Below, in pieces: positions 15,873-25,490 of a DNA stretch of 64,000 nucleotides. Within the stretch, counting starts at the first letter, position 1, and the number at the start of each line of letters is the position of its first letter. The notes beneath the pieces are model-generated. The model was not told the DNA's origin. It saw only the letters and a program-made list of their open reading frames with translations, and did not search any database. A program made the position numbers and the translations under genes. This DNA is from a virus: the IMG/VR virus record IMGVR_UViG_3300034107_001363, positions 9,296 to 73,295 of that record; one strand, 5' to 3'.

Positions 15873-18179
15873 ATGTCACTTTTCTACGACTCCGAAAAAG
15901 CCCTAGCCGATCTTAAGGGATTGGATGATGATCTGGAGGCCGCAGAAGAGCGGCTGGGTTCGCCAGAAGCGGCCCGGGCCATCTATGACACGCTGAAGGA
16001 GGCCGACGGAGACAGTTCGTTTAACCGTGGGCTAGTGCAGGGACAAATGAATTTCCTTCCTCCCCACGATGAGAGCGAACTGGAGAACAAGGGGCAGTCG
16101 GATCGCTTTAACATTACCACTGGCGAGGGCCCTGCCATCAAGAACGAGGCAGTGGCTGCCTACATGGACATCTACACCACGCCCCGGATGCTGGTGGACA
16201 TCCCTCTTAATCCGTCGATTGACAGGAACTACGCTACCACTTGGGGTCAGGTGATGGCCGAGGAGTTCACCACGATGGACCGTTCCGACGACAGTTCGTT
16301 ACCAACCCACCTCCAGCTGGCAGACACCTACGTTACCCACGGTGTAGCCATCGGTTACTTCGACGATCCGGAAACCATGCAGTTTTCGGTGGCTGGGCTT
16401 GACCATTTCAAGTTTCCGCGCAAGACCGGCATCGTTTCCTCGAAAGCCGAGTTGGTCACAGCCTTGGGCGAATACAGTGCCAGCCAGCTTTACCGCAAAA
16501 TCGGCAACAAGGGATGGGACGAAAACGCAATCCGTAAAGCAATTCGGTCGACTGCTGGCCGCTACCAAAAGGACTGGGATAACTGGGAGCTGATCCAGCG
16601 TGAGATTAAGAGCAACGAGATGTACATCGATTCGGTTTGCGAACCGATTGAGGTCATTTTCACATGGGTTCAGGAATTCGACGGTAGCTGGTCCTACTAT
16701 GTCTCAGCCCGCTCCGGCCTCGACAGCAAGGGGCGCAAGGACGATCAGGAAACCTTCCTATTCAAGTCGCGCAACCACTACGAATCGGCGGACCAGTGCT
16801 TCCAGATTTTCCCTTTTTCGGTGGGCGACGGCGGGCGACTCTACACCGTGCGTGGCTTGGGCTACCTGATCTACCAGCTTTGCAACGCGATGGACATCAT
16901 GCACTGCAAGTTGCTGGACAACGCGCGGGTCGGTTCTTCGCTGCTGGTTCAGCCTGCCACTACAGAGGATGCTCAAGACATGCAGCTCATCGACTTCGGC
17001 GGAGGCATTGCATTACCGCCAACGATGCGGATTCCTGAGCAGCGGGTCGCTCAAAACCTGAACAACTCCCTGATCCCGGCCATCAACGAGTCTCGCCAGA
17101 TCCTCAACCGGGCAACCGGCGGGCTGGCGTCCGGCCAGATGATGCTGCAGCCCGAGCAAGACCGCCGGACCAAGTTGGAAGTGTCGTCCCAGCTGGACTA
17201 CATGAACAAGCTGAACAGCTTTGCGATCAACCTGTTCTACGGGCCCTACGACAAGATTATGAGGGAAAAGGTTCGCCGGGCATTCACTGTGCCCCAGAAG
17301 GACCGCGCCGCAGCAAAGAGGGTCAAGGAGATGAAGCAGCGCTGCCTTGAACGGGGAGTTCCTGAACAGGCTTTTTCTTCGATTGATCTCAAGGGCGTCC
17401 GGGCTAGCCGGATCATCGGTACTGGCAGTCGAGCTAGCCGGATTATGCTGATGGACCAGATGCAGCAGATGTACAGCACTTGGGATGCGGTTGGTCGGTC
17501 TAATTTCGAGTTCGACTATTTGGTCGAGCTGGTGGGCCCTGAAAAAGCCGAGCGTTACGCTGGACAGCCGAACCTCAAGCGCGAGACCTACGACGACTCC
17601 ATTGCAATGCTAGAAAACTTCCAGTTGCTGGAAGGCGACTACATGGCGCCGAAGGAAGGACAGGACCAAATGGTTCACCTACCGAAACACATCGACGAAC
17701 TGGAAGTTGGCCTCAAGGAAGTTGACGAAGGTCAGGTGGATTTGATGCAGTGGACCATCGAGCATGAACCGCTCTACCGTCACTGTGTTGCCACTCTCGA
17801 GATCACGGTGGTCCACGAGACCGTCCAGCCCGAACTCAACATGTATCGCCAGCGGGTGCAGCAAATCGGCGAGCTGGTAGTCAACGGGATGAAGATGATC
17901 AACAAGGCCCAGCGGGAAGGAAAGTTTGATCCACAGCAAGCTCAAGAAGGCGAAAGCCCGGAACAGGCCAAGTTGAGCGAAGAAATGCGCGCATCCCAAC
18001 TTAAGCACAAGCAAGAGATGGAGCAGAACTGGCAGAAGCACATGGCAACGCTTGAGCAGATCAAGCAGACCGGCCAACAGAAGATGGTCATTGAGGCTCA
18101 GCGGGCAATGGGCAAGGTAGCGGAACGGGATGTCGAGGTTCAGGAGCGGATGAACCGCTTGCGTGCCAGCCAGATTTAG
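15873..18179 (+). CDS. Portal protein
   Basis: 768 aa following terL; RGLGYLIY, RRTKLEV motifs and long Q/E-rich C-terminal helix as in podovirus portals. Confidence 0.85.
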   Translation: MSLFYDSEKALADLKGLDDDLEAAEERLGSPEAARAIYDTLKEADGDSSFNRGLVQGQMNFLPPHDESELENKGQSDRFNITTGEGPAIKNEAVAAYMDIYTTPRMLVDIPLNPSIDRNYATTWGQVMAEEFTTMDRSDDSSLPTHLQLADTYVTHGVAIGYFDDPETMQFSVAGLDHFKFPRKTGIVSSKAELVTALGEYSASQLYRKIGNKGWDENAIRKAIRSTAGRYQKDWDNWELIQREIKSNEMYIDSVCEPIEVIFTWVQEFDGSWSYYVSARSGLDSKGRKDDQETFLFKSRNHYESADQCFQIFPFSVGDGGRLYTVRGLGYLIYQLCNAMDIMHCKLLDNARVGSSLLVQPATTEDAQDMQLIDFGGGIALPPTMRIPEQRVAQNLNNSLIPAINESRQILNRATGGLASGQMMLQPEQDRRTKLEVSSQLDYMNKLNSFAINLFYGPYDKIMREKVRRAFTVPQKDRAAAKRVKEMKQRCLERGVPEQAFSSIDLKGVRASRIIGTGSRASRIMLMDQMQQMYSTWDAVGRSNFEFDYLVELVGPEKAERYAGQPNLKRETYDDSIAMLENFQLLEGDYMAPKEGQDQMVHLPKHIDELEVGLKEVDEGQVDLMQWTIEHEPLYRHCVATLEITVVHETVQPELNMYRQRVQQIGELVVNGMKMINKAQREGKFDPQQAQEGESPEQAKLSEEMRASQLKHKQEMEQNWQKHMATLEQIKQTGQQKMVIEAQRAMGKVAERDVEVQERMNRLRASQI

Positions 18180-18194
18180 CCTGGCTAACGATTT

Positions 18195-18446
18195 ATGTCA
18201 GTATTCAGCGACGAAGAGAAACGAGAGTTGGCGCGCCATCTGGAAGCGCCAGTAGTAAAGAAGGCAATCGGAGAAGCCTTGCATACCCTGTGGCGGTCCA
18301 AGCGTGGCCTTGAGACGCTTGAAGCAAGCGCCATGGCGTTCAACTACCACAGTGGGGCCTGCGACGCTTTAGAAGCCCTTTACGGCCTTGCCGAGACGCC
18401 AAAGGATTTTGCCATCAACCCGAGAAAGCTACGGGCGAACGGCTGA
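18195..18446 (+). CDS. Small head-assembly region protein
   Basis: 83 aa between portal and scaffold. Confidence 0.75.
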   Translation: MSVFSDEEKRELARHLEAPVVKKAIGEALHTLWRSKRGLETLEASAMAFNYHSGACDALEALYGLAETPKDFAINPRKLRANG

Positions 18447-18465
18447 GCACGAAACACCGAATACC

Positions 18466-19680
18466 ATGAGCACTGAAAGCACTGAGACATTGGAAGCAAC
18501 CAATTGGGCCGATCCTTCCGGCAAAGGGATGATGGCCGCGATGGAAGACATTTCCTTCACTGACGACTTTGGCGCGCCGTCGATTGCGCCTACTCCGGTC
18601 GTAAAGCCTGCCGTGACGCCCGATCCGGCTCCAAAAACGGCTGAAACCGTCGTGACGCCGGTTGAAATCCCGGAATCGCTAATCGATGAGGACTTTTTTG
18701 GCAGCGAAACCAAAGAGACTCCGGTAGCCGAAACCAAGGTGGATGGCTTCGACGAAAAAGGCTTTGACGCCGAGACTGAAGAGCAGGCAAAAGGCCTTGA
18801 TGCCAAGGCGGGCGATAAGTTCAAAGCTTTGCGGGCTGAACTAAAGGAGTTCAAGGCCAAGCCGGTCGAAACCGTATTGCCGGAAGAAACGCGGCTCAAG
18901 TTAGAAACTCTCGAGCTCAAGGCACAGGAAACTGAAGGGCTTAAACAACGGCTGGAGGAAATCAGTTCTCAGTCGGCCAAGTTGAAGATGGAAAACAGCG
19001 AGGTCTACAAGCGTGAAGTGCTAGACCCTGCTGCTGAAACCTTCAAACGTAGTGATGCTTTGGCTGAAATGTATGAGAAAGAGCCAGCTATCCTGCGAGC
19101 CATCATCAAGGAGCGTGACCGTCGGGTTCAGAACGAGCTGATCAAGGAACACCTTGGCGAGTTCTCCGACTTCGACCGCTCCGAAGTTTATCGTCAGATT
19201 CAGGACTTCAACGGCTTTGTTGCCAAACGAGAGAGCTTGTTGGCTAATGCCGAGCAGGAACTAGAGCTACAGGAAGTTCAAAGAGCCGAAGCGACTGGCA
19301 AGCAACTAGCCCAGCAGCGGAATGCGGTGCAGACTATTCAGAAGGAAATCTGGGAGAAGTATAAGGACACTATCCCCGGCTTTCTTGACGACAGCGGCGA
19401 GACCAAGGACTTCCGTGAACTGATGGCCAAAGGACTATCGATCGATTTTTCAACAGCCCGGGCCAAGGATCAGGCTTTTGCCGCATTTGCAGGAACTGCT
19501 TTGCCATTTGCGGTCAAGCAAATCGCCGTGTTGCGCAAGGAACTTGCTGAAGCGAACAAAACTGCAGGCCGTGAGGTCAAGGGGCGGCCCTCTGCCGGTT
19601 CCGTGATCAAGGCTGATTCGGCGGAAAGCAACGCTCCGAAGACCTTCATGGAAGCGATGGCAATGGATCTCAGTAGCTAA
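18466..19680 (+). CDS. Capsid scaffolding protein
   Basis: Acidic P/E-rich N-terminus and coiled coil, directly before the capsid gene. Confidence 0.75.
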   Translation: MSTESTETLEATNWADPSGKGMMAAMEDISFTDDFGAPSIAPTPVVKPAVTPDPAPKTAETVVTPVEIPESLIDEDFFGSETKETPVAETKVDGFDEKGFDAETEEQAKGLDAKAGDKFKALRAELKEFKAKPVETVLPEETRLKLETLELKAQETEGLKQRLEEISSQSAKLKMENSEVYKREVLDPAAETFKRSDALAEMYEKEPAILRAIIKERDRRVQNELIKEHLGEFSDFDRSEVYRQIQDFNGFVAKRESLLANAEQELELQEVQRAEATGKQLAQQRNAVQTIQKEIWEKYKDTIPGFLDDSGETKDFRELMAKGLSIDFSTARAKDQAFAAFAGTALPFAVKQIAVLRKELAEANKTAGREVKGRPSAGSVIKADSAESNAPKTFMEAMAMDLSS

Positions 19681-19711
19681 TTTTGCGGCTGCCTTCGATT
19701 TTGCTTCACAA

Positions 19712-19880
19712 GAGCGGACAATCGGGGTTAGAAGACCAACGAACTTGCCGACCGGGCAGGTTCGGAAACTTCTCCCGGTTCGTCCGCTCGGTTCGTCATC
19801 CGTTCTAGCAATTCGTTTCAGAGCCGCTTTCTGCGGGCTCCGTTTTCGCTCGCCCCCATCCGTGAGGGCAAAGAACCGAC
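19712..19880 (+). promoter_or_regulatory. Structured leader upstream of the major capsid gene
   Basis: Several 6-10-bp complementary segments, some mutually exclusive or pseudoknotted. Confidence 0.5.
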
Positions 19881-19918
19881 CAATCTACATTCATACCGCG
19901 CCTTAGCGCACACACACT

Positions 19919-21421
19919 ATGCCCTATACCGTTCAAGACTTCCTCGTGGAGCAATCGCCGATCATTGGAACCGACATCAACCAGAAACTGATGGAGCAGC
20001 CCACGCCGTGGATCTCGCTCTACAAGCAGGAGTTCTGGGATGATGAGAAATCCAACATCCAGAAGACCTTCCAGTTCGACCGTGCCAAATTGGTCGATGC
20101 CAACAACACCCTTGCTGACGACCTGGTCGACGAAGTGAGTTGGGCCAACGTTGCCAGCACCGTTTCGTTTGACGACAACACGGCGAACCATCAAAGCGGC
20201 ACCGGCGACGGTCTGCCTCCTTCCGACACCGTAGAGTTTACCCAGACCCTTCGTAGCTACAATCTGCAGCACAAGGCCATCTGGGGTCCGCCGATGAACA
20301 CCAACCAGCTGCGCGACAAGTTCGAGCGGGTTAAGCAGATGGGCGCCTGTGTCAAGGCTCTAGCTGACCAGTCCCGTGAAATCTGGATTGAACGCAAGCG
20401 TGATGAATACAAGCGCATTGCCTCCAACTTGGTGGTTCTTGACTCTTCGTTCAACCTTGGTGGAACCGACCTCTACGACAAGTTGGCTTTCCCGGCCGCA
20501 AGCGCGACCGATCAGTCGATCCTGACCAACGGCTTCACCGATTCGATCTACGAGTATCTTAATCTCCACGGCGCAGGAATGGGCGCAATGGGCCGCGCTG
20601 AAAACCGTCCGGTCTACGGGCTGGTCACCAGCTCCCGCCAGTCGCGCCGCCTGATCATGGCCGACCCGGACGTCCGCGAGGACTTCCGTTACTCGAGCCG
20701 CAACGAAAGCCTGCTTGGGCCGATGGGCGTGAAGTGGACTTACAACGGCTTCACCCACATCATCGACGAAAAGCCTGATCGCTGGGAGTTTGTTGCTACC
20801 GGTGGCACCCCGAACATCACTCTTTCGGGCTCTTCTGGGAACAACGTGAACGCTGTCATCACCGCCGCGTTGAGCCCGACCATCAACGGTGCGGTCAGTT
20901 CCTCGACTTGGCCAGTCTACAAGGGAAGTCAATTCCACATCAACAGCAAGACATATGAGGTAGTTAGCCGCTCGACGGCTTTGGCCTTCGTGCTGAAGAC
21001 GGTTGATGGCACAGCTGCCGAAAACCGGATCGCGAGCAATGCCTTCACTGCATGGCTCAAGGTGCCCCAGTTCGTCACCGCTTCGGTTTCCGGAGTGATG
21101 AAGCGAGTTCCCAATTCCCGCTGGCTTACCGGCACATGGGAAGACTCCTATGTCTTCCACCAAGACGTCTGCTGCTCGCTGGTTCCTCGTCCGATCACTT
21201 CGGTCGGCATGGCCACCTTCCCTGCTGTCAACTACTCCGGCACGTTCAGCTGGAAGAACTACGATAACAAGGCGGATAACCCTGACGGCACGATTGGTCA
21301 GTTCCGTGGCGTTCTGTCGAACGGCACCAAACCTGAAAACCCCGAGTTTGGCATTGTTATCCGCCACCTTGCGGTCCCAACCCCTGATGGCCGCGTGATG
21401 AACGGCAGTTCTCTTGGTTAA
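19919..21421 (+). CDS. Major capsid protein
   Basis: 500 aa after the scaffold; high-expression codon bias; strong terminator follows. Confidence 0.85.
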   Translation: MPYTVQDFLVEQSPIIGTDINQKLMEQPTPWISLYKQEFWDDEKSNIQKTFQFDRAKLVDANNTLADDLVDEVSWANVASTVSFDDNTANHQSGTGDGLPPSDTVEFTQTLRSYNLQHKAIWGPPMNTNQLRDKFERVKQMGACVKALADQSREIWIERKRDEYKRIASNLVVLDSSFNLGGTDLYDKLAFPAASATDQSILTNGFTDSIYEYLNLHGAGMGAMGRAENRPVYGLVTSSRQSRRLIMADPDVREDFRYSSRNESLLGPMGVKWTYNGFTHIIDEKPDRWEFVATGGTPNITLSGSSGNNVNAVITAALSPTINGAVSSSTWPVYKGSQFHINSKTYEVVSRSTALAFVLKTVDGTAAENRIASNAFTAWLKVPQFVTASVSGVMKRVPNSRWLTGTWEDSYVFHQDVCCSLVPRPITSVGMATFPAVNYSGTFSWKNYDNKADNPDGTIGQFRGVLSNGTKPENPEFGIVIRHLAVPTPDGRVMNGSSLG

Positions 21422-21433
21422 TCGGTAGTGCTC

Positions 21434-21478
21434 AAAACCCCGGTTCGGATGCCCATCCGGGCCGGGGTTTTTCTTTTT
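21434..21478 (+). terminator. Rho-independent terminator
   Basis: AAAACCCCGGTTCGGAT-GCCC-ATCCGGGCCGGGGTTTTTCTTTTT. Confidence 0.9.
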
Positions 21479-21497
21479 ACATAGCTTTTTTCTTACT

Positions 21498-21818
21498 ATG
21501 AAACCAATCATTTTAGCTCTTCCAACTTATCGAAACACCCTCGGTAATGCTACGGTCACCAGCGACCTGTCGCGTCGAATCACCCACTTTACCGGTGCAA
21601 CCGGTCAAACCCTGACTCTCCCGTCCGCTACCGGAAAACGCAAGGAGTTCATTATTGTCAACACCTCTGTTAACGTCGTGACGATTGCAGGACCAACCGG
21701 CAAATTGAATGGGATTAATGCCACTTCGACCGCAGTGGTTGCTGGCAATTCTATTACCCTTGCCGCCGCTAGCGTTGGTCACTTCCAAGCAGTTGATGGC
21801 AAGTGGTTCCGCGTGTAA
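21498..21818 (+). CDS. Putative capsid decoration/small virion protein
   Basis: TLTLPSA...FIIVN...VTIA...GKWF beta-sandwich pattern. Confidence 0.7.
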   Translation: MKPIILALPTYRNTLGNATVTSDLSRRITHFTGATGQTLTLPSATGKRKEFIIVNTSVNVVTIAGPTGKLNGINATSTAVVAGNSITLAAASVGHFQAVDGKWFRV

Positions 21819-21826
21819 CTTAGAGG

Positions 21827-21861
21827 GCTCCTCCCTGCTGAAGGGAGGGGCTTTTCTTTTT
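21827..21861 (+). terminator. Rho-independent terminator
   Basis: GCTCCTCCCT-GCTGA-AGGGAGGGGC followed by TTTTCTTTTT. Confidence 0.8.
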
Positions 21862-21883
21862 CCAACTTAGCTAGGCTAAAGCC

Positions 21884-24289
21884 ATGAAAAGCAATCAATC
21901 GTTGGTCCTTGTTGAAGACGGAGTGGTTAAGGGCGCAAGCAAGGGCCATAAAGCTTTTGCTTTTCGAAATGGAGAGCCAACAACGGTTGATTACAAAGGC
22001 AATGAAGTCCCTCTCGTCTCCGGCGACGGCACGGGCATCACGGACGCGGGGGCGTTTCTCCGCGCTGCCCGCGTCAACGGCTTCGGGAGTCTCGTCAATG
22101 TCCCCTCTAAGCTCTGGCGGCTGACGATGGCGCTTTACCGTATGAGCTACACCCCCTCAGGATACAACACGCCGTATCGCGTTCGGGCCGTTGCTTTGGG
22201 GGACTCCGTGGTGTGCGATATTGCAGAAGAGCTTGGCGCTTACTTTGGGATGGGCGGCGGGGACTTGAACTTGCAGCAGTGGGCCAAGCAGGGTGCCGCC
22301 GTTCCAACTGATGCAGTCGGAGGAAATTATGCGGCATGGTCCAATGGCGTTTACAGCCTCTACGACGAGTGGACGCGGACGATAAAAGGTCTGGTAGTGC
22401 ATCTCGATCAATCTTTTGCAACCGGGACTTATATCGAGCAACTCAACTACCGCGCACCTCTCGCCACCTTGCAAGTCGGCTACCTTGCCGGGAGTGGCTA
22501 TGGGAGTTTCAAGCTGGAGTATAAGATCAATGGTGCAGGGTCATGGATTAGCGCCACTGCCGCCACAATCCTCACCCCGTCAGGAGGGGGGGCGGCGGCG
22601 GCTGGCATTGTGAACTCGGGCGGCGCGGGAACCTCAGCTACCGAGGTTTACGCGATTGCTGCGTTTGCTTTACCCAAGGCCGATGTCTATCACCTGCGGT
22701 TGACCGCTACGGCGGGTCGCGTTCGACTTGTGCATGTCGCCGCGGTTCTCATGGCGAGCGGGCAGGGTGCCGCGGCTGGGCAGGGACAGATTGGCGGAGC
22801 CATGGGTTACGACTTCTCACAAGGAAGCAAGGGCATTGGATCCCACTTCTCGCAATGGTCGCAGGCAGTCCTCAGTTCCGCATTGGGTGTCATCGACCCA
22901 CAGATCATAGTTTACAAGTCACTCAACGAGTGGAGCCTCGCGAACTATCAGACCTACTGGCCGACACTTGCCGCGAAGCTGTTCACGGCTGCCCCGAATG
23001 CAACCCTCGTGGTTTGTGGTTCGCATCCTCGGGGAGCGGCACCGGAAAGCGCCAATGCTGGAGACATCGCGGTGGATGACTACTTGCGGGAATGGTGCGC
23101 CACGCAGAACGGGGCGATTTTCGTGGATGTTCGGCAGTCGTGCCCGCCGCACTTGGTTGCATACAACAGCTCCACCACCTCGACCGATGATCTTTGGTCT
23201 GACGGCGTCCATATGAATGCCGAAGGGGGGCACTTGGCATCTGGCTTTCGTTGGATTCGCGCTCTGGTTTTTGAGCACCTTCGGCCTGCGTTCCAGTCAG
23301 CTACGCTCTCCCGCCCAATGGCGGCAATTAGCACGGTCATGCCCTTTGTCTCGAACGAAATTCGCTTGTTCGACGGGTTGACGCGAGAGGGCACCAATCC
23401 GCATTGGAACAAGTTGATTCTCAGCACGTATCCACGTCTGCGGAGCGAGGTGATGCTGCGTCCGGTGGACAGCACCTACAACTCGGGCATTGGACTGTTT
23501 GAAAACGATTCGGGATTTGGGGCTCAGTCCAGTTCCGCATCTTCGCCGCGTGGGCTTTATCTCAAGAGCAACGGGCAAGACGCCATTGTTTTCGGGCATA
23601 ATTCTAGCGGGCCGTTCCAGGGTTTCTGCGTGGGAGTCTCCGGTGCTTCCGACGGAAACCTGGCACGCGCTGCCAGCGGGTATCGCTTTAAGATCCCGTG
23701 GGGCATTTACGGGATGAAGAACGGCCTGATTTCGGAGGGGCGTGACGACTCGCCTGCTGATGCTCGACTGCTGGGGGTGGACATCAATGCGACGGAGGCC
23801 GCCGCAGGAACACAACTCTGGAGTTGGTATAACGGTTCGACCTCGACCCGCACGGGAGGTGCTACGACCAACGCAAGCCCCAACATTTCGTTCACGGCGG
23901 GAATTGCTCCTCCGGTTGGAGCATTGGTGACCGGAGCCGGGATTCAGGTCAACACGGTCGTTGTCAGTTCAACGACGACAACGGCAGTCCTGAGTAAGAA
24001 CGCAACGGCGACGGCGTCCGGTCTGACGTTTACCGTCGTCGTACCCTCTACGGTCGTTCACCACGGTCGCGTCGATGACGCGAACGTCACCACGTTCACT
24101 TACGACGAGCCTACTTCGGTTGCGACGATTCACACCCCGGTATGTTCGACCGCTGGAACCGGCGTCCGCGTCCGATCCGTCGCCGTCGTCGGCAGTTACG
24201 CCACCAAAGCAGCCGGAGAAGCAGCTGTCGAAGTTGGAGAGGTCTTCTACGACGAAGGCACCGGTAAAACCCGCACTCGATTGGTTTAA
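21884..24289 (+). CDS. Tailspike/fibre with SGNH-GDSL esterase domain
   Basis: Block I ALGDSV and block V SDGVHMN; Gly/Ser/Thr-rich C-terminal beta domains. Confidence 0.8.
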   Translation: MKSNQSLVLVEDGVVKGASKGHKAFAFRNGEPTTVDYKGNEVPLVSGDGTGITDAGAFLRAARVNGFGSLVNVPSKLWRLTMALYRMSYTPSGYNTPYRVRAVALGDSVVCDIAEELGAYFGMGGGDLNLQQWAKQGAAVPTDAVGGNYAAWSNGVYSLYDEWTRTIKGLVVHLDQSFATGTYIEQLNYRAPLATLQVGYLAGSGYGSFKLEYKINGAGSWISATAATILTPSGGGAAAAGIVNSGGAGTSATEVYAIAAFALPKADVYHLRLTATAGRVRLVHVAAVLMASGQGAAAGQGQIGGAMGYDFSQGSKGIGSHFSQWSQAVLSSALGVIDPQIIVYKSLNEWSLANYQTYWPTLAAKLFTAAPNATLVVCGSHPRGAAPESANAGDIAVDDYLREWCATQNGAIFVDVRQSCPPHLVAYNSSTTSTDDLWSDGVHMNAEGGHLASGFRWIRALVFEHLRPAFQSATLSRPMAAISTVMPFVSNEIRLFDGLTREGTNPHWNKLILSTYPRLRSEVMLRPVDSTYNSGIGLFENDSGFGAQSSSASSPRGLYLKSNGQDAIVFGHNSSGPFQGFCVGVSGASDGNLARAASGYRFKIPWGIYGMKNGLISEGRDDSPADARLLGVDINATEAAAGTQLWSWYNGSTSTRTGGATTNASPNISFTAGIAPPVGALVTGAGIQVNTVVVSSTTTTAVLSKNATATASGLTFTVVVPSTVVHHGRVDDANVTTFTYDEPTSVATIHTPVCSTAGTGVRVRSVAVVGSYATKAAGEAAVEVGEVFYDEGTGKTRTRLV

Positions 24290-24293
24290 CGCC

Positions 24294-24356
24294 ATGAAGT
24301 CCCTCCTCACCTACGCCTTCCTCGCCGCCTACGTCCTCTGGACGATAGTATTCTGA
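24294..24356 (+). CDS. 20-aa hydrophobic peptide MKSLLTYAFLAAYVLWTIVF
   Basis: Fills the gap before the membrane-protein cluster. Confidence 0.4.
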   Translation: MKSLLTYAFLAAYVLWTIVF

Positions 24357-24367
24357 CCCACCCTGCC

Positions 24368-24586
24368 ATGAAAGACAACGCCGTCATCCTCGCCATCCTG
24401 CTGGTCATCAGCGCGTCCATTGGTCCTGCATGGAACCTGACCATTGCCGAACTTGCCGACGCCACCGATACCAGCGCCACCACGATGTTCCAGCCCGAGC
24501 TTTTGATTTCCGCATGGGGATCGGCCATCGCCGCCATTGCTGGCGGGATCGTGATCTACTTCACCCGCAATCAACCGAAACCGTGA
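24368..24586 (+). CDS. Holin-like protein with two hydrophobic segments
   Basis: 72 aa, two probable TM helices, polar C-terminus. Confidence 0.6.
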   Translation: MKDNAVILAILLVISASIGPAWNLTIAELADATDTSATTMFQPELLISAWGSAIAAIAGGIVIYFTRNQPKP

Positions 24587-24888
24587 GCAAAGACGACCTC
24601 TACGACGCCGCCCAGCGTGACAGCCCCAACTATGTGGATCTCCCGAAATCATGGCCCGGAATCTTCGCATGGATCACGATCAAGCTTGGCCCTTGGGCCG
24701 TCATTGCCGTGGTCTGCGGATGGGCCACCTCGGTCGTCTACACCCACCAACGTGAGGACCAGCAACTTCTCCTAGCTGCCTACCAAGCCAACATCAGGGC
24801 TATGGACTCTTTTACCTCGCAGCTTCAAAGTATGCAGGACACGATTGACGAGGCCCATCGCCGTGTAGTTTCTGATTCCCTGAAGTAA
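24583..24888 (+). CDS. Membrane protein with coiled coil (holin- or i-spanin-like)
   Basis: GTG start overlapping the previous stop; TM segment then coiled coil. Confidence 0.6.
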   Translation: MSKDDLYDAAQRDSPNYVDLPKSWPGIFAWITIKLGPWAVIAVVCGWATSVVYTHQREDQQLLLAAYQANIRAMDSFTSQLQSMQDTIDEAHRRVVSDSLK

Positions 24889-24899
24889 AAATCAACATT

Positions 24900-25046
24900 A
24901 TGAAAGCCATCCTAATCCTCCTTGCTTCCACTCTTGTGCTTGCTTTCACGAGCTGTTCCGTATCCATTTCTCCCGATGGCGCAAAGTCGTTCAGCATTGA
25001 TGCAGCACAAGCCACCAAGGCAATTGAACTTCTCAATCAAAAGTGA
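24900..25046 (+). CDS. 48-aa lipoprotein (o-spanin candidate)
   Basis: MKAILILLASTLVLAFTSC signal peptide with lipobox-like Cys. Confidence 0.7.
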   Translation: MKAILILLASTLVLAFTSCSVSISPDGAKSFSIDAAQATKAIELLNQK

Positions 25047-25049
25047 TCG

Positions 25050-25310
25050 ATGAAAAAGGACTCAAGACTTTCCAGTGCTGGAGTGTCTGGCTACAACAAG
25101 CCGAAGAAGACTCCCAGTCATCCAACTAAAAGCCACGTTGTCGTCGCCAAGTCGGGCGAGCAGGTCAAGACCATCCGCTTTGGCCAGCAGGGCGTCAGTG
25201 GCTCCCCTGATGGCTCCAAGCGCAACGCGGCATTCAAGGCCCGCCACGCAGGCAACATTGCCAAGGGCAAGATGTCAGCGGCTTATTGGGCCGACAAAGT
25301 GAAGTGGTAG
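25050..25310 (+). CDS. Conserved small basic phage protein
   Basis: KPKKTPSHPTKSHVV...IRFGQQG...FKARH...SAAYWADKVKW, a widespread phage motif set of unknown function. Confidence 0.85.
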   Translation: MKKDSRLSSAGVSGYNKPKKTPSHPTKSHVVVAKSGEQVKTIRFGQQGVSGSPDGSKRNAAFKARHAGNIAKGKMSAAYWADKVKW

Positions 25311-25319
25311 CTTTCTCCT

Positions 25320-25448
25320 ATGAAAAACAAAGCAATGGCCGAATACGGTAACAAGATGGCAGCTGGCAAAATGCCCGCTGGGAAGATGGCTAAGAAAATG
25401 GCTCCACCAGCCAAGAAGATGGCCAAAAAGATGGGTAAGAAAATGTAA
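25320..25448 (+). CDS. 42-aa Lys/Met/Ala-rich basic peptide
   Basis: MKNKAMAEYGNKMAAGKMPAGKMAKKMAPPAKKMAKKMGKKM, followed by a terminator. Confidence 0.7.
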   Translation: MKNKAMAEYGNKMAAGKMPAGKMAKKMAPPAKKMAKKMGKKM

Positions 25449-25455
25449 CCTACCG

Positions 25456-25490
25456 GGGGCGCGGTTGTGCAGCCAGCCGCGTCCCTTTTT
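25456..25490 (+). terminator. Rho-independent terminator
   Basis: GGGGCGCGGTTG...CAGCCGCGTCCC followed by TTTTT. Confidence 0.8.

Noticed and set aside
20360-21511. Long antisense ORFs (also 14372-15502, 30352-31392, 38310-39305, 42642-43628, 46464-47447)
   Set aside because: Shadows of codon-biased plus-strand genes with atypical amino-acid composition
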